Virus record (IMG/VR): IMGVR_UViG_2778261179_000013 | Span: 1 to 16,612 of that record | DNA length: 16,612 nt | Direction: 5' to 3' (one strand) | Source: a virus | Taxonomy: Duplodnaviria; Heunggongvirae; Uroviricota; Caudoviricetes | Shown here: positions 5,853 through 14,037 of the stretch, one piece after another | Layout of the letters: each line of letters starts with the position of its first letter | Numbering within the stretch: the stretch's first letter is position 1 | Position numbers and translations under genes: made by a program | Notes under the pieces: model-generated | The model's input: the letters and a program-made list of their open reading frames with translations, nothing else | What the model was told of the DNA's origin: nothing | The model's database searches: none

Positions 5853-7605
5853 CGTGAAAACCCTCCCACGCGACAAAATGGAGGAGGCCATCATCTTTGC
5901 CGGAACAGGAGCATGGAAAGCAGCTCAGGATTACCAGAAAGGTAAAGATGAGCATGGCGATGAGGTGCCGCCGGTTGTTCTGGATCATACCCAGCTGGCG
6001 GAATTACCCCACCTGCGCATTGTTGATAAAGGACGCCGATTTGCCCGTGTCTGTCAGGCCGGACTTATCGAACAAAACCAAATCAGTATGATTGCCAATA
6101 AGTTGTGTGAGGCTGGCGTTACCAATGCTGAGTTTATCAACGAAAAAGGTGAGAAAGAGGACTGGACGCCATTAATGAAGCGTCTGGAAGACGAGCCCCT
6201 AATGGTGACTACGAGGGGTAGCGCTACGCCAGCGCTTAACCAGATGGGAGCCAGCCAGCGCGGGGAAGTTCTGCTTGCTCATTACGATGGCAATCTGGCG
6301 ATCCATGCTGATTCCGACACGGTTCATCATTACAACGGCGTGGTGTGGGTTCCGCTTTCGGATAAAGAGCTGCAGCGAGAAATGGCGCAAATTTTTATTG
6401 ATGCCGAAGTCGCCTATTCGCAGAACGCGATTAAATCCGCTGTCGATACAATGAAGCTGGGTCTGCCAGTGATGGGTAACACAGCCCGAAATCTTATTGG
6501 TTTCAGCAACGGGGTTTTTGATACCCGGTTAGGGCAATTTCGACCACATGATAAAAAGGACTGGCTTATCGTTGCGAGCGAATTGCCATTCAGCGAACCA
6601 GCAGAAGGAGAGACTCTGGCAACCCATGCGCCGAACTTCTGGAAATGGCTCCGCCGCTCTGTGGCGGATAATGACAGAAAATCAGACCGCGTACTGTCTG
6701 CTCTGTTCATGGTGCTGGCGAACCGGTACGACTGGCAGCTGTTTCTTGAGGTAACGGGGCCGGGCGGAAGTGGTAAAAGTGTTATGGCTGAGATCTGCAC
6801 GATGCTGGCCGGCAAAGCCAATACGGTATCGGCAAGCATGGCGGCGCTGGAGAACCCAAGGGAAAGGGCGCTGGTGGTTGGCTATTCGCTGATTATCATG
6901 CCGGATATGACCCGGTACGCTGGCGACGGCGCAGGGATTAAAGCTATCACTGGCGGGGATAAGGTAGCTATCGACCCTAAACACAAAGCGCCGTATTCAA
7001 CGCGTATTCCGGCAGTGGTGCTGGCCGTCAATAACAATGCCATGTCATTCAGCGACCGAAGCGGTGGTATTTCGCGTCGTCGGGTTATTTTTAACTTCTC
7101 AGAGGTGGTACCGGAAAACGAACGTGATCCTATGCTTGCCGAGAAGATTGAAGGTGAGCTGGCCGTTATCATTCGCCACCTGCTTACTCGCTTTTCCAGA
7201 CAGGACGAGGCCAAACAGCTTTTGCATGAGCAGCAGAAATCAGAAGAGGCGCTGGCCATCAAACGTGAAGGGGATTCACTGGTGGACTTTTGCGGCTACC
7301 TGATGGCTTCGGTCGTATGTGATGGCATGTTTATCGGGAACGCCGAGATCGTACCGTTCAGCCCGCGCCGTTATCTGTATCACGCTTATCTGGCTTATAT
7401 GCGGGCTAACGGCCTGAGCAAGCCGGTGTCGCTGATGAGGTTCGGCACGGATATGCCAGGCGCAATGGCTGAATATGGCAAGGAGTACCAGAAGCGCAAA
7501 ACAAAACATGGCATAAGATCAAACGTCACACTTCACGACGATTCAGAAGACTGGATGCCTATGTGGAATGATACTTCTCACAATACCGGAGAAAATCAAA
7601 AGTAA
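5836..7605 (+). CDS. Replication initiator / SF3 helicase of the P4 alpha (D5-like) family (PICI pri-rep-like)
   Basis: 589 aa. Walker A VTGPGGSGKS, a Walker B-like LIIMPDMT region, and a D5_N-like segment (IGFSNGVFDTRLGQFRPHDKKDW). GTG start at 5836 is preceded by GGGAGG with a 7-nt spacer. No EGYATA-type primase motif seen in the N-terminal ~300 aa. Confidence 0.85.
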   Translation: MKNAPNVKTLPRDKMEEAIIFAGTGAWKAAQDYQKGKDEHGDEVPPVVLDHTQLAELPHLRIVDKGRRFARVCQAGLIEQNQISMIANKLCEAGVTNAEFINEKGEKEDWTPLMKRLEDEPLMVTTRGSATPALNQMGASQRGEVLLAHYDGNLAIHADSDTVHHYNGVVWVPLSDKELQREMAQIFIDAEVAYSQNAIKSAVDTMKLGLPVMGNTARNLIGFSNGVFDTRLGQFRPHDKKDWLIVASELPFSEPAEGETLATHAPNFWKWLRRSVADNDRKSDRVLSALFMVLANRYDWQLFLEVTGPGGSGKSVMAEICTMLAGKANTVSASMAALENPRERALVVGYSLIIMPDMTRYAGDGAGIKAITGGDKVAIDPKHKAPYSTRIPAVVLAVNNNAMSFSDRSGGISRRRVIFNFSEVVPENERDPMLAEKIEGELAVIIRHLLTRFSRQDEAKQLLHEQQKSEEALAIKREGDSLVDFCGYLMASVVCDGMFIGNAEIVPFSPRRYLYHAYLAYMRANGLSKPVSLMRFGTDMPGAMAEYGKEYQKRKTKHGIRSNVTLHDDSEDWMPMWNDTSHNTGENQK

Positions 7606-7860
7606 TGGGAAAAGTGTTCACCACTATTCACTGTGGATAAAATCGTTTATATAACAGATATTTAAGGGGTGAACACTTTTTATTGAAGTGTTCACCAAGT
7701 ATTCACCTGTTCACCTTTAAAGGGCTTTTCTTTTAAAAGGTGAAGGGTTAGGGTGAACACTAGTGAATACTTAAAATTATAGTCTTCACCCTGTAACCAT
7801 ATGAATTTGAATGGAAAAAATGCAAAGGTGAACAGGTGAACACTTAAACGCATATTTTTT
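7606..7860. repeat. Iteron array and AT-rich tract; putative origin of replication (P4 ori/crr-like)
   Basis: At least 10 copies of GGTGAACA(CTT) or its reverse complement (AAG)TGTTCACC, e.g. 7612-7622, 7668-7678, 7686-7696, 7709-7716, 7751-7760, 7826-7833, 7834-7844, plus variants (tattcacc, gtgaatac, cttcacc), followed by T-rich runs at 7852-7866. Placement immediately 3' of the replication gene is typical for these satellites. Confidence 0.75.
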
Positions 7861-7878
7861 ATTTTTACGAGGCTGCAT

Positions 7879-8223
7879 ATGGAAATTTTAGGCAACCATA
7901 ACGACAAGTTTCACGGCATCAAATTTCTGCATAGTGCAATTGAAGAAATGAATGAGAAAGCTGAAGTAACTCTGACCGACTATCTGGCTCTTAGGGCTTT
8001 TGTTCTGGCTGAGCGAAGAGAAACTCAGGACTACATTGATGCAATGGATGAAACGTATGCTGATTTGCCCGATGATCTGCGTTCTTACATTGAGCTTCTT
8101 AATGACGTTGCCGCACAGCTATCAAATCCATCACGCTCAAATGGGAATTTAAAATCAATTATTTACGATGCGAGAATATCAAGCGGAAACGCCATGTCTC
8201 ACTGGTTCAGTGTTGATAGATAG
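7879..8223 (+). CDS. Hypothetical protein (AT-rich cargo, gene 1 of a two-gene cassette)
   Basis: 114-aa ORF with ACGAGG 6 nt upstream of the ATG. Acidic and predicted helical; no motif recognised. Compositionally distinct from the flanking replication and head genes. Confidence 0.55.
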   Translation: MEILGNHNDKFHGIKFLHSAIEEMNEKAEVTLTDYLALRAFVLAERRETQDYIDAMDETYADLPDDLRSYIELLNDVAAQLSNPSRSNGNLKSIIYDARISSGNAMSHWFSVDR

Positions 8224-8246
8224 TAAAATCTAAGAAGGGATAACTA

Positions 8247-9092
8247 ATGCGTACTAATGATGATTTACAGATAATCCGAAAGCATCTGGATGGTGAATTT
8301 GAACAGCGCCTGTTAGACGCTGCGATCAATAACCTTTTGGATGAAAATAATCAGCTTCGGTTCAGCAATTATGCCTATGCACTTAGAGAGCTATTCTTAC
8401 ACGTTCTAAAACGCATGGCACCTGATGAAAATGTTCAACTATGCGAGTGGTTTCCTGGTTTGAATGAAAGAGAGCAGGTTGCAAGAAAAGACTCTTACAA
8501 ATATATCATTCATGGTGGGTTAAGTGATGAATATGTCAGGGATGTACTTGATGTAAATATTGCCGGAGTAATTCCGGGATTGCGTGATGCGTTCTACTCA
8601 TTAAATAAATTTACTCACATAAGCGAAAAGATTTTTCCAATTAATGATGACGATGGCCTAAAAATGGTGGGAGAGGTTGAAGGTTGCATCGGAGCTCTTT
8701 TCACCAAGCTTGATGAGTGTCATAAGGAGATAATTAATAAGCTTTATGAAGCTGTGAGTGAGGCCGCGATACATAGTTCGATAACTGAAACTGTAACATC
8801 AATTGATATTTTATCGACACACAGCTCGGTTGATGAAGTGTATGTTGATGATGTGAAAATAGTAGAAATAAATGACTCTGAAGTAATTTTCTCTGTTAGT
8901 GGCTCTGTAGGTGTCGGGTTGCAATGGGGATCTAATTCCGATTTGCGAAATGACATAGGTGCTGTAGGTAGAGAAACATTCCCATTTACCTGCGAGGTGA
9001 GAAGTCCAGTGTATGCCCCTGAACGTTTAGAGTGTGATGAAGGGGCATTCCATGCAGATACTTCAAGTTGGTGGGAAGGATATTACGACTAA
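8247..9092 (+). CDS. Hypothetical protein (AT-rich cargo, gene 2 of a two-gene cassette)
   Basis: 281-aa ORF with AAGAAGGGA upstream of the ATG. Helical N-terminal region containing an R-x4-H motif (RELFLH) and a beta-rich C-terminal region. Followed by an intrinsic terminator. Confidence 0.6.
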   Translation: MRTNDDLQIIRKHLDGEFEQRLLDAAINNLLDENNQLRFSNYAYALRELFLHVLKRMAPDENVQLCEWFPGLNEREQVARKDSYKYIIHGGLSDEYVRDVLDVNIAGVIPGLRDAFYSLNKFTHISEKIFPINDDDGLKMVGEVEGCIGALFTKLDECHKEIINKLYEAVSEAAIHSSITETVTSIDILSTHSSVDEVYVDDVKIVEINDSEVIFSVSGSVGVGLQWGSNSDLRNDIGAVGRETFPFTCEVRSPVYAPERLECDEGAFHADTSSWWEGYYD

Positions 9093-9128
9093 CAAGTGTA
9101 AATTATTCGTCCTCGCGTTTATTAGTGC

Positions 9129-9160
9129 TTAGCCCGATAAAATTCGGGCTTTTATTTATT
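9129..9160 (+). terminator. Rho-independent terminator after the cargo cassette
   Basis: Stem agcccg (9131-9136) / cgggct (9145-9150) with an 8-nt loop, followed by tttatttatt (9151-9160). Confidence 0.6.
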
Positions 9161-9324
9161 ATTTTCATGTATATGTTGAGAAGTGGCACTCAGACGTGAG
9201 CCGCCACTGGCCGTTAAATCAAGCTGTAGCGAGTACAGCCTGTGGGATGCAGAAAAAGATTTAACGGCCTCCCCTCCAAGCGCTGGTTTCACGTCTCTAC
9301 GTTAATTGATACGGAAACCACTCC

Positions 9325-10491
9325 ATGAAGAAACTACTCGAATTACGCCAGCAGAAAGCCACACTCAAAACCCAGATGCGTTCCATGCTGGACAAAGCCG
9401 ACACCGAAAAGCGCAGCCTGAACGAAGAAGAGGGCAAAAAGTTCGATGAACTCCGCGCCCAGGCTGATGCGCTTGAAGTTGAAATTACCCGCCTCGAAGC
9501 CGTCGCCGACGATCAGCGCAATCTGCCTGGTACTTCCGTTGAAGGTGAGCTAGTAAGCAACGACGAGCTGCGTCACTACATTATGACCGGTGATACCCGT
9601 TCTCTCTCCACGCTGGTGCAGGCTGACGGCGGTTATACCGTTATTCCTGAACTGGACAAAGAGATCATGCGTCAGTTGCAGGATGATAGCGTGATGCGCT
9701 CCATCGCAACGGTAAAGACCACCAAAACCAACGAATACCAGAAACTGGTATCTGTGGGCGGCACTACCGTTAAGCGCGGTACCGAAGGCGAAGCGCGTAC
9801 CGAAACCAGCACGCCGAAGATGGAGCGTGTTGATATCAAACTCAACCCGATCTACGCCTATCCGAAAACCACTCAGGAAATTCTCGACTTCTCTGAGGTG
9901 GATATTCTGGGCTGGCTGTCTTCTGAAATTGCCGACACCTTCACCGCTACCGAAGAGAGCGACTTTGTGAACGGCGACGGTGATAAAAAATCCAAAGGGT
10001 TCCTGTCTTACCCTCGCGCGGCCACAGCCGATAAAACCCGCCCGTTCGGTACGCTGGAGAAGATGGAAGCTGCTGACGTTTCCTCTGATGGCCTGATCGA
10101 CCTGCTGTATAAGCTGAAAGCCAAATACCGCAAAAACGCCGTATGGGTGATGAACTCCAATACCGCGGCCAAACTGCAAAAGCTGAAAAACGGCAACGGG
10201 GATTACATCTGGCGAGATCGTCTGGTTGCCGGTTCTCCCGATACGCTGCTGGGCCGTCCGGTTCAATATCTCGAAACCATGCCAGATGCGGAAGCAGGTG
10301 AAGCGTTCCTTGCTGTGGGCGACTTCAAACGCGGCTATTTCATCGTGGATCACACCACTGGTGTGCGTACCCGTCCTGACAACATCACCGAACCGGGTTT
10401 CTACAAGGTACATACCGATAAATACCTGGGCGGCGGCGTGGTGGACTCCAACGCCATCAAGGTGCTTGAGCTTTCCGGCTCCGGTTCCTGA
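9325..10491 (+). CDS. Major capsid protein, HK97 family (with N-terminal delta/scaffold-like coiled coil)
   Basis: 388 aa. N-terminal coiled-coil region (LELRQQKATLKTQMRSMLDKADTEKRSLNEEEGKKFDELRAQADALEVEITRLEA) and HK97-MCP-like core blocks (GGYTVIPE ... AVWVMNSNTAAKLQKLKNGNGDYIW ... LLGRPV ... GDFKRGYFIVDH). Confidence 0.9.
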   Translation: MKKLLELRQQKATLKTQMRSMLDKADTEKRSLNEEEGKKFDELRAQADALEVEITRLEAVADDQRNLPGTSVEGELVSNDELRHYIMTGDTRSLSTLVQADGGYTVIPELDKEIMRQLQDDSVMRSIATVKTTKTNEYQKLVSVGGTTVKRGTEGEARTETSTPKMERVDIKLNPIYAYPKTTQEILDFSEVDILGWLSSEIADTFTATEESDFVNGDGDKKSKGFLSYPRAATADKTRPFGTLEKMEAADVSSDGLIDLLYKLKAKYRKNAVWVMNSNTAAKLQKLKNGNGDYIWRDRLVAGSPDTLLGRPVQYLETMPDAEAGEAFLAVGDFKRGYFIVDHTTGVRTRPDNITEPGFYKVHTDKYLGGGVVDSNAIKVLELSGSGS

Positions 10492-10539
10492 TTTGACGTT
10501 TGAGGGGCTTAGGCCCCTTTTCTCCTGTGGAGTCCAACA

Positions 10540-11100
10540 ATGAAAACAATTGATTTTGAAATCCGCACCTCCGATCTGAGCGCCAGTAACAAAAAGCTGG
10601 TGGGCTATGCCGTGCGCTGGAACAGTCTCTCTGAAATTATCTGGGACGAGTTCCGCGAGCAGTTTGCGCCGGGAGCGTTTAAAGACAGCCTGGCATCAGG
10701 TAGCGATGTGCGTGCGCTGTACGAGCATAACTATACCCAGCTGCTGGGCCGCACTAAATCCGGAACGCTGGTGCTGTCCGAAGACGATACCGGGCTGCGC
10801 TTCGAGCTGACCCCGCCGAATACCCAGCTTGGTAACGATGTGCTGGAGCTGGTGGAGCGTGGTGATATCTCCGGCATGAGCTTTGGTTTCCGGGCGCTGA
10901 AAGAGGCGTGGGATATCGGCCAGTCTCCATACCTGCGCACTGTTACCGCAGCCGAACTGCGGGAGATTACCGTTACCTCTATGCCTGCTTATCCTGAGTC
11001 TGGCGTGGAAATCGCGCACCGTTCGCTTTTCTCCCAACATCCTGAACTGCGCCGCGCTGGCGATAACCGTCGCCGCTGGGCTGAATTAGCGGGGCTCTGA
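10540..11100 (+). CDS. Prohead maturation protease, HK97 family (S78-like)
   Basis: 186 aa. LVGYAVRWNS ... FAPGAFKDSL ... LYEHNY ... GMSFGF fits the HK97 prohead protease pattern, including the candidate His and Ser residues. Confidence 0.85.
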   Translation: MKTIDFEIRTSDLSASNKKLVGYAVRWNSLSEIIWDEFREQFAPGAFKDSLASGSDVRALYEHNYTQLLGRTKSGTLVLSEDDTGLRFELTPPNTQLGNDVLELVERGDISGMSFGFRALKEAWDIGQSPYLRTVTAAELREITVTSMPAYPESGVEIAHRSLFSQHPELRRAGDNRRRWAELAGL

Positions 11101-11101
11101 T

Positions 11102-12337
11102 ATGTGGAATATCTGGCCGTTTGGCCGCAAGTCTGAACCCTCTGAGCAGCGCAGCATGACCATTGATGAATTTCTGGCGATGGCAGGGATTCCAAATACC
11201 GGATCAGGCGAGTATGTGTCTGCGGGTACTGCGGAATCTCTGCCGGCGGTCATGAACGCCGTATCAGTTATCAGTGAGGCGGTGGCAACAATGCCATGCT
11301 ATCTCTACCGCGTCCGTAATGATAATGGTCGTGAGGCGCGAGAATGGCTGAGTAATCACCCGGTGGATTTTCTCCTGAACGAGCAGCCGAACGACTGCCA
11401 GACGCCTTATCAGTTTAAACGCACGATGATGCGCCATTGTCTGCTGAACGGTAACGCCTATGCGGTGATCCAGTGGGGCCGCGACGGCCAGCCGCAATCC
11501 CTGCACCCGTATGCGCCGGGGGCGGTTGTTCCTGAGCGTATCGGCCAGCATAAGTACAAATACACCGTTACAGAGCCGTTTACCGGGGCTGTGCGCACCT
11601 ATCTACAGGAAGAGATTCTGCACCTGCGTTACTCCACCGATGATGGCTTTCTGGGGCGTTCGCCTATTACTACGTGCCGTGAGGCGCTGGGGTTAGGTCT
11701 GGCCCAACAGCGCCACGGTGCCAGCATTATGAAAGATGGCATGATGGCGGCGGGCGTCGTCACTACTGCTGAATGGCTCGACAGCGTGAAGGGTAAGCAG
11801 GCTCTGGACGCACTGGAGCGCTACAAAGGTGCCAGAAATGCCGGGAAAACGCCGATCCTTGAAGGTGGCATGGATTATAAGCAGCTGGGCATGAGCAATC
11901 AGGATGCCGAATGGCTGGCCTCTCGTCGCTTCACCATTGAAGACATTGCCCGCATGTTCAACGTGTCGCCTATCTTCCTGCAGGAATACAGCAACAGCAC
12001 CTACAGCAATTTCAGCGAAGCGAGCCGCGCCTTTCTTACCATGACGATGCGCCCGTGGCTGGCGAACTTCGAACAACAAATCAAATCTGCGCTGCTGGTG
12101 GCCTCCCCAGTCCCAGGAACCCGTTATCAGGTGGAGTTTGACTCTGCTGACCTTCTCCGCGCCACGCCAACCGAACGTTATGCCACTTATGAGCGCGGTA
12201 TTAAGAACGGGATCATGAACCCGAACGAAGCCCGAGAGCGTGAGGGGATGCCACCGCGTGAAGGTGGTGACGAATTCAGCCAGGCATGGAAGCAGGAAGT
12301 GAAGATCAGCAAAGACGGCAAGGAAGGTGACGCATGA
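11102..12337 (+). CDS. Portal protein, HK97 family
   Basis: 411 aa. Conserved blocks LLNGNAYAVI, GFLGRSPI, FTIEDIARMFNVSPIFLQE and NPNEAREREGMPP match the HK97-type portal pattern. Its start is 2 nt after the protease stop. Confidence 0.9.
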   Translation: MWNIWPFGRKSEPSEQRSMTIDEFLAMAGIPNTGSGEYVSAGTAESLPAVMNAVSVISEAVATMPCYLYRVRNDNGREAREWLSNHPVDFLLNEQPNDCQTPYQFKRTMMRHCLLNGNAYAVIQWGRDGQPQSLHPYAPGAVVPERIGQHKYKYTVTEPFTGAVRTYLQEEILHLRYSTDDGFLGRSPITTCREALGLGLAQQRHGASIMKDGMMAAGVVTTAEWLDSVKGKQALDALERYKGARNAGKTPILEGGMDYKQLGMSNQDAEWLASRRFTIEDIARMFNVSPIFLQEYSNSTYSNFSEASRAFLTMTMRPWLANFEQQIKSALLVASPVPGTRYQVEFDSADLLRATPTERYATYERGIKNGIMNPNEAREREGMPPREGGDEFSQAWKQEVKISKDGKEGDA

Positions 12338-12672
12338 GAGCCGGGGGGCTGAGAAGCCGCGTCACTATTCGGGTATTCACTACCCACAGGGAGCCGTCCG
12401 GTCAGGTTGTTCAGGTCTGGGAAGACGGGGAAACCATATGGGCTGAGGTTAAGGGGATCAGTGGCCGAGAGTTAATGGCGTCAGGTGCCGAGGTTGCCGA
12501 AGCGACGATCCGCGTTTGGGTGCGTTTCCGCCGTGATATTACCGCAGCCAACCGTCTGAAAGTGCTTACTGGCCCGTTTGCTGGCAGCACTCTCAATATT
12601 ATCGGGCCTCCTATTCCTGATTCGGAAGGTACCCGGCTGGAAATTCTCTGCAAGACAGGAACGGAAAAATGA
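12334..12672 (+). CDS. Head-tail adaptor / head closure protein (SPP1 gp16-like)
   Basis: 112 aa; RVTIRVFTTHREPSGQVVQVWEDGETIWAEVKGISGRE fits the head-tail joining family pattern. ATGA overlap with the portal gene. Confidence 0.7.
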   Translation: MRAGGLRSRVTIRVFTTHREPSGQVVQVWEDGETIWAEVKGISGRELMASGAEVAEATIRVWVRFRRDITAANRLKVLTGPFAGSTLNIIGPPIPDSEGTRLEILCKTGTEK

Positions 12673-12962
12673 CAGCAGAAATCACCCTGGATGAAGCAAA
12701 GCTGCATTGCCGTATTGATGATGATTACGAAGATACGTTGATACAGGCGTACATCGATGCGGCGCTGGAGGTTTGCCAGAAGCATATCGGCAAGCGGTTT
12801 GATAACGGGCTGGAGTTTACGCCAGCTATCAAGATTGGCTGTCTGATGTACGTATCTCAGCTGTACGAGTACCGCACGATGATTGGTGATACCGACGCCA
12901 AAGAGATACCGATGGCTGTCTCTGCGTTGTGGTCTGTCTATCGTGATGTGGGGGTGTACTGA
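12669..12962 (+). CDS. Head-tail connector protein (gp6-like)
   Basis: 97 aa; ITLDEAKLHCRIDDDYEDTLIQAYIDAALEVCQKHIGKR ... YEYR fits the gp6-like connector pattern. ATGA overlap with the upstream gene. Confidence 0.7.
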   Translation: MTAEITLDEAKLHCRIDDDYEDTLIQAYIDAALEVCQKHIGKRFDNGLEFTPAIKIGCLMYVSQLYEYRTMIGDTDAKEIPMAVSALWSVYRDVGVY

Positions 12963-13405
12963 TGCCGTGGCAACCACTACGCCGGTGCAATGAGCCTGGA
13001 TGTAATAAACGGGTGAAGTCTGGCAAGTGTGACGAGCATAAGCGGGATGCCCGCCGACAAAGCGACAGCCGAAGAGGTACGCGAACAGAGCGTGGTTACT
13101 CCAACCGCTGGGGCGAATACCGTCGTCATTTTCTAAAAGCTAATCCGCTGTGTGTCCATTGTCTCAAGGCTGGCGTCTATGCATCGGCAACTATCGTCGA
13201 TCACATCATCCCTATCGAGGGTGAAGCTGATGTGCTGTTCTGGCCCGCCAGTAATCACCAGTCGTTATGCGCTGCCTGTCATGGACGGAAGACAACCACA
13301 ACAGACCCGGTGACGAAGCAGCAGCGTAAAGCCGGTAAGTTCCGCGAGCAGGAAGAAGCAGCACGTCATCGCACCGACTGGATCTATGAGGCAAACAATG
13401 ACTGA
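12962..13405 (+). CDS. HNH endonuclease (packaging-associated)
   Basis: 147 aa. Cys-rich N-terminus (CNEPGCNKRVKSGKCDEH) and an HNH core (CVHC ... DHIIPIEGEADVLFWPASNHQSLCAACHGRKT). Position next to the terminase genes is typical of HNH-cos packaging systems. Confidence 0.85.
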   Translation: MPWQPLRRCNEPGCNKRVKSGKCDEHKRDARRQSDSRRGTRTERGYSNRWGEYRRHFLKANPLCVHCLKAGVYASATIVDHIIPIEGEADVLFWPASNHQSLCAACHGRKTTTTDPVTKQQRKAGKFREQEEAARHRTDWIYEANND

Positions 13406-13550
13406 GCAGGAACAGCAGCGGCTGATTAGTGGGCTGATAAAGCAGCGTGAGTCATGGCAACCAGCCAGACAGAGAGCGCATAAGAAGCCCGTAGCAAAGC
13501 GCATGAGCCAGCGTGACCGGGAGCTTATGGAATGCTTTCGCAACCGCTGA
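13398..13550 (+). CDS. Possible small basic protein (50 aa), unannotated in the ORF track
   Basis: The ATG at 13398 overlaps the HNH gene end and the frame is open to the TGA at 13548-13550, giving MTEQEQQRLISGLIKQRESWQPARQRAHKKPVAKRMSQRDRELMECFRNR. Below the track's length cut-off; low support. Confidence 0.3.
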   Translation: MTEQEQQRLISGLIKQRESWQPARQRAHKKPVAKRMSQRDRELMECFRNR

Positions 13551-13680
13551 CAGGCCGAATGGACGGGGTGGGGGAGGTTTTAAAGACAAACCCCTCTCAG
13601 CGAGGAACCACCCGCCCCCTCAAATTTTTACGCACGGTGATTTTTTTGAAAATAAAACGCGACGGAAACGAGAAATTTTT

Positions 13681-14037
13681 ATGGCAAGACCACCCAAACC
13701 GCCAGCTTACCTTGATGAGTTAGCTGCGCAGCAGTGGAAAGCGAAGGCGAAGCAACTGGCGGAGCGCGGGGATTTGACTCCCGCCGACTGGAACAACCTT
13801 GAGCTTTTTTGCGTCAACTATTCGATGTACCGCAAAGCCGTGGAAGACCTTGCCAGCCGTGGGTTCAGCATTGTTAACAGCCAGGGCGGTGAGAGCCGAA
13901 ATCCGGCGCTGAGCGCAAAGGCCGATGCTGAAAAAATCATGATTAAAATGTCGTCGCTGCTGGGCTTTGATCCGGTAAGCCGCCGCCGGAACCCGGTGGA
14001 AACGGAGGAGGAAGACGAGCTTGACCGTCTGGAATGA
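13681..14037 (+). CDS. terS: Terminase small subunit (P27-family-like)
   Basis: 118 aa from the ATG at 13681: MARPPKPPAYLDELAAQQWKAKAKQLAERGDLTPADWNNLELFCVNYSMYRKA ... The track ORF from 13513 adds an implausible Gly-rich N-terminal extension, so the internal ATG is preferred. Confidence 0.8.
   Translation: MARPPKPPAYLDELAAQQWKAKAKQLAERGDLTPADWNNLELFCVNYSMYRKAVEDLASRGFSIVNSQGGESRNPALSAKADAEKIMIKMSSLLGFDPVSRRRNPVETEEEDELDRLE

Noticed and set aside
6199-7509. Several ORFs on both strands (63-141 aa) inside the replication gene
   Set aside because: Overlap the P4 alpha-like helicase gene in other frames or antisense; low-complexity translations.
9550-10413. 287-aa minus-strand ORF
   Set aside because: Lies entirely antisense within the well-supported major capsid gene; it is Gly/Arg/Val-rich as expected for a shadow ORF of a GC-rich gene.
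10607-12977. Assorted overlapping ORFs (61-188 aa) within the protease, portal and adaptor genes
   Set aside because: All are alternative-frame or antisense shadows of tightly coupled, motif-supported head genes.
13513-13680. Long N-terminal extension of the terS ORF as given in the track
   Set aside because: The extension translates a G-run-rich, apparently non-coding segment (RPNGRGGGGF...); the internal ATG at 13681 gives a typical small-terminase N-terminus.
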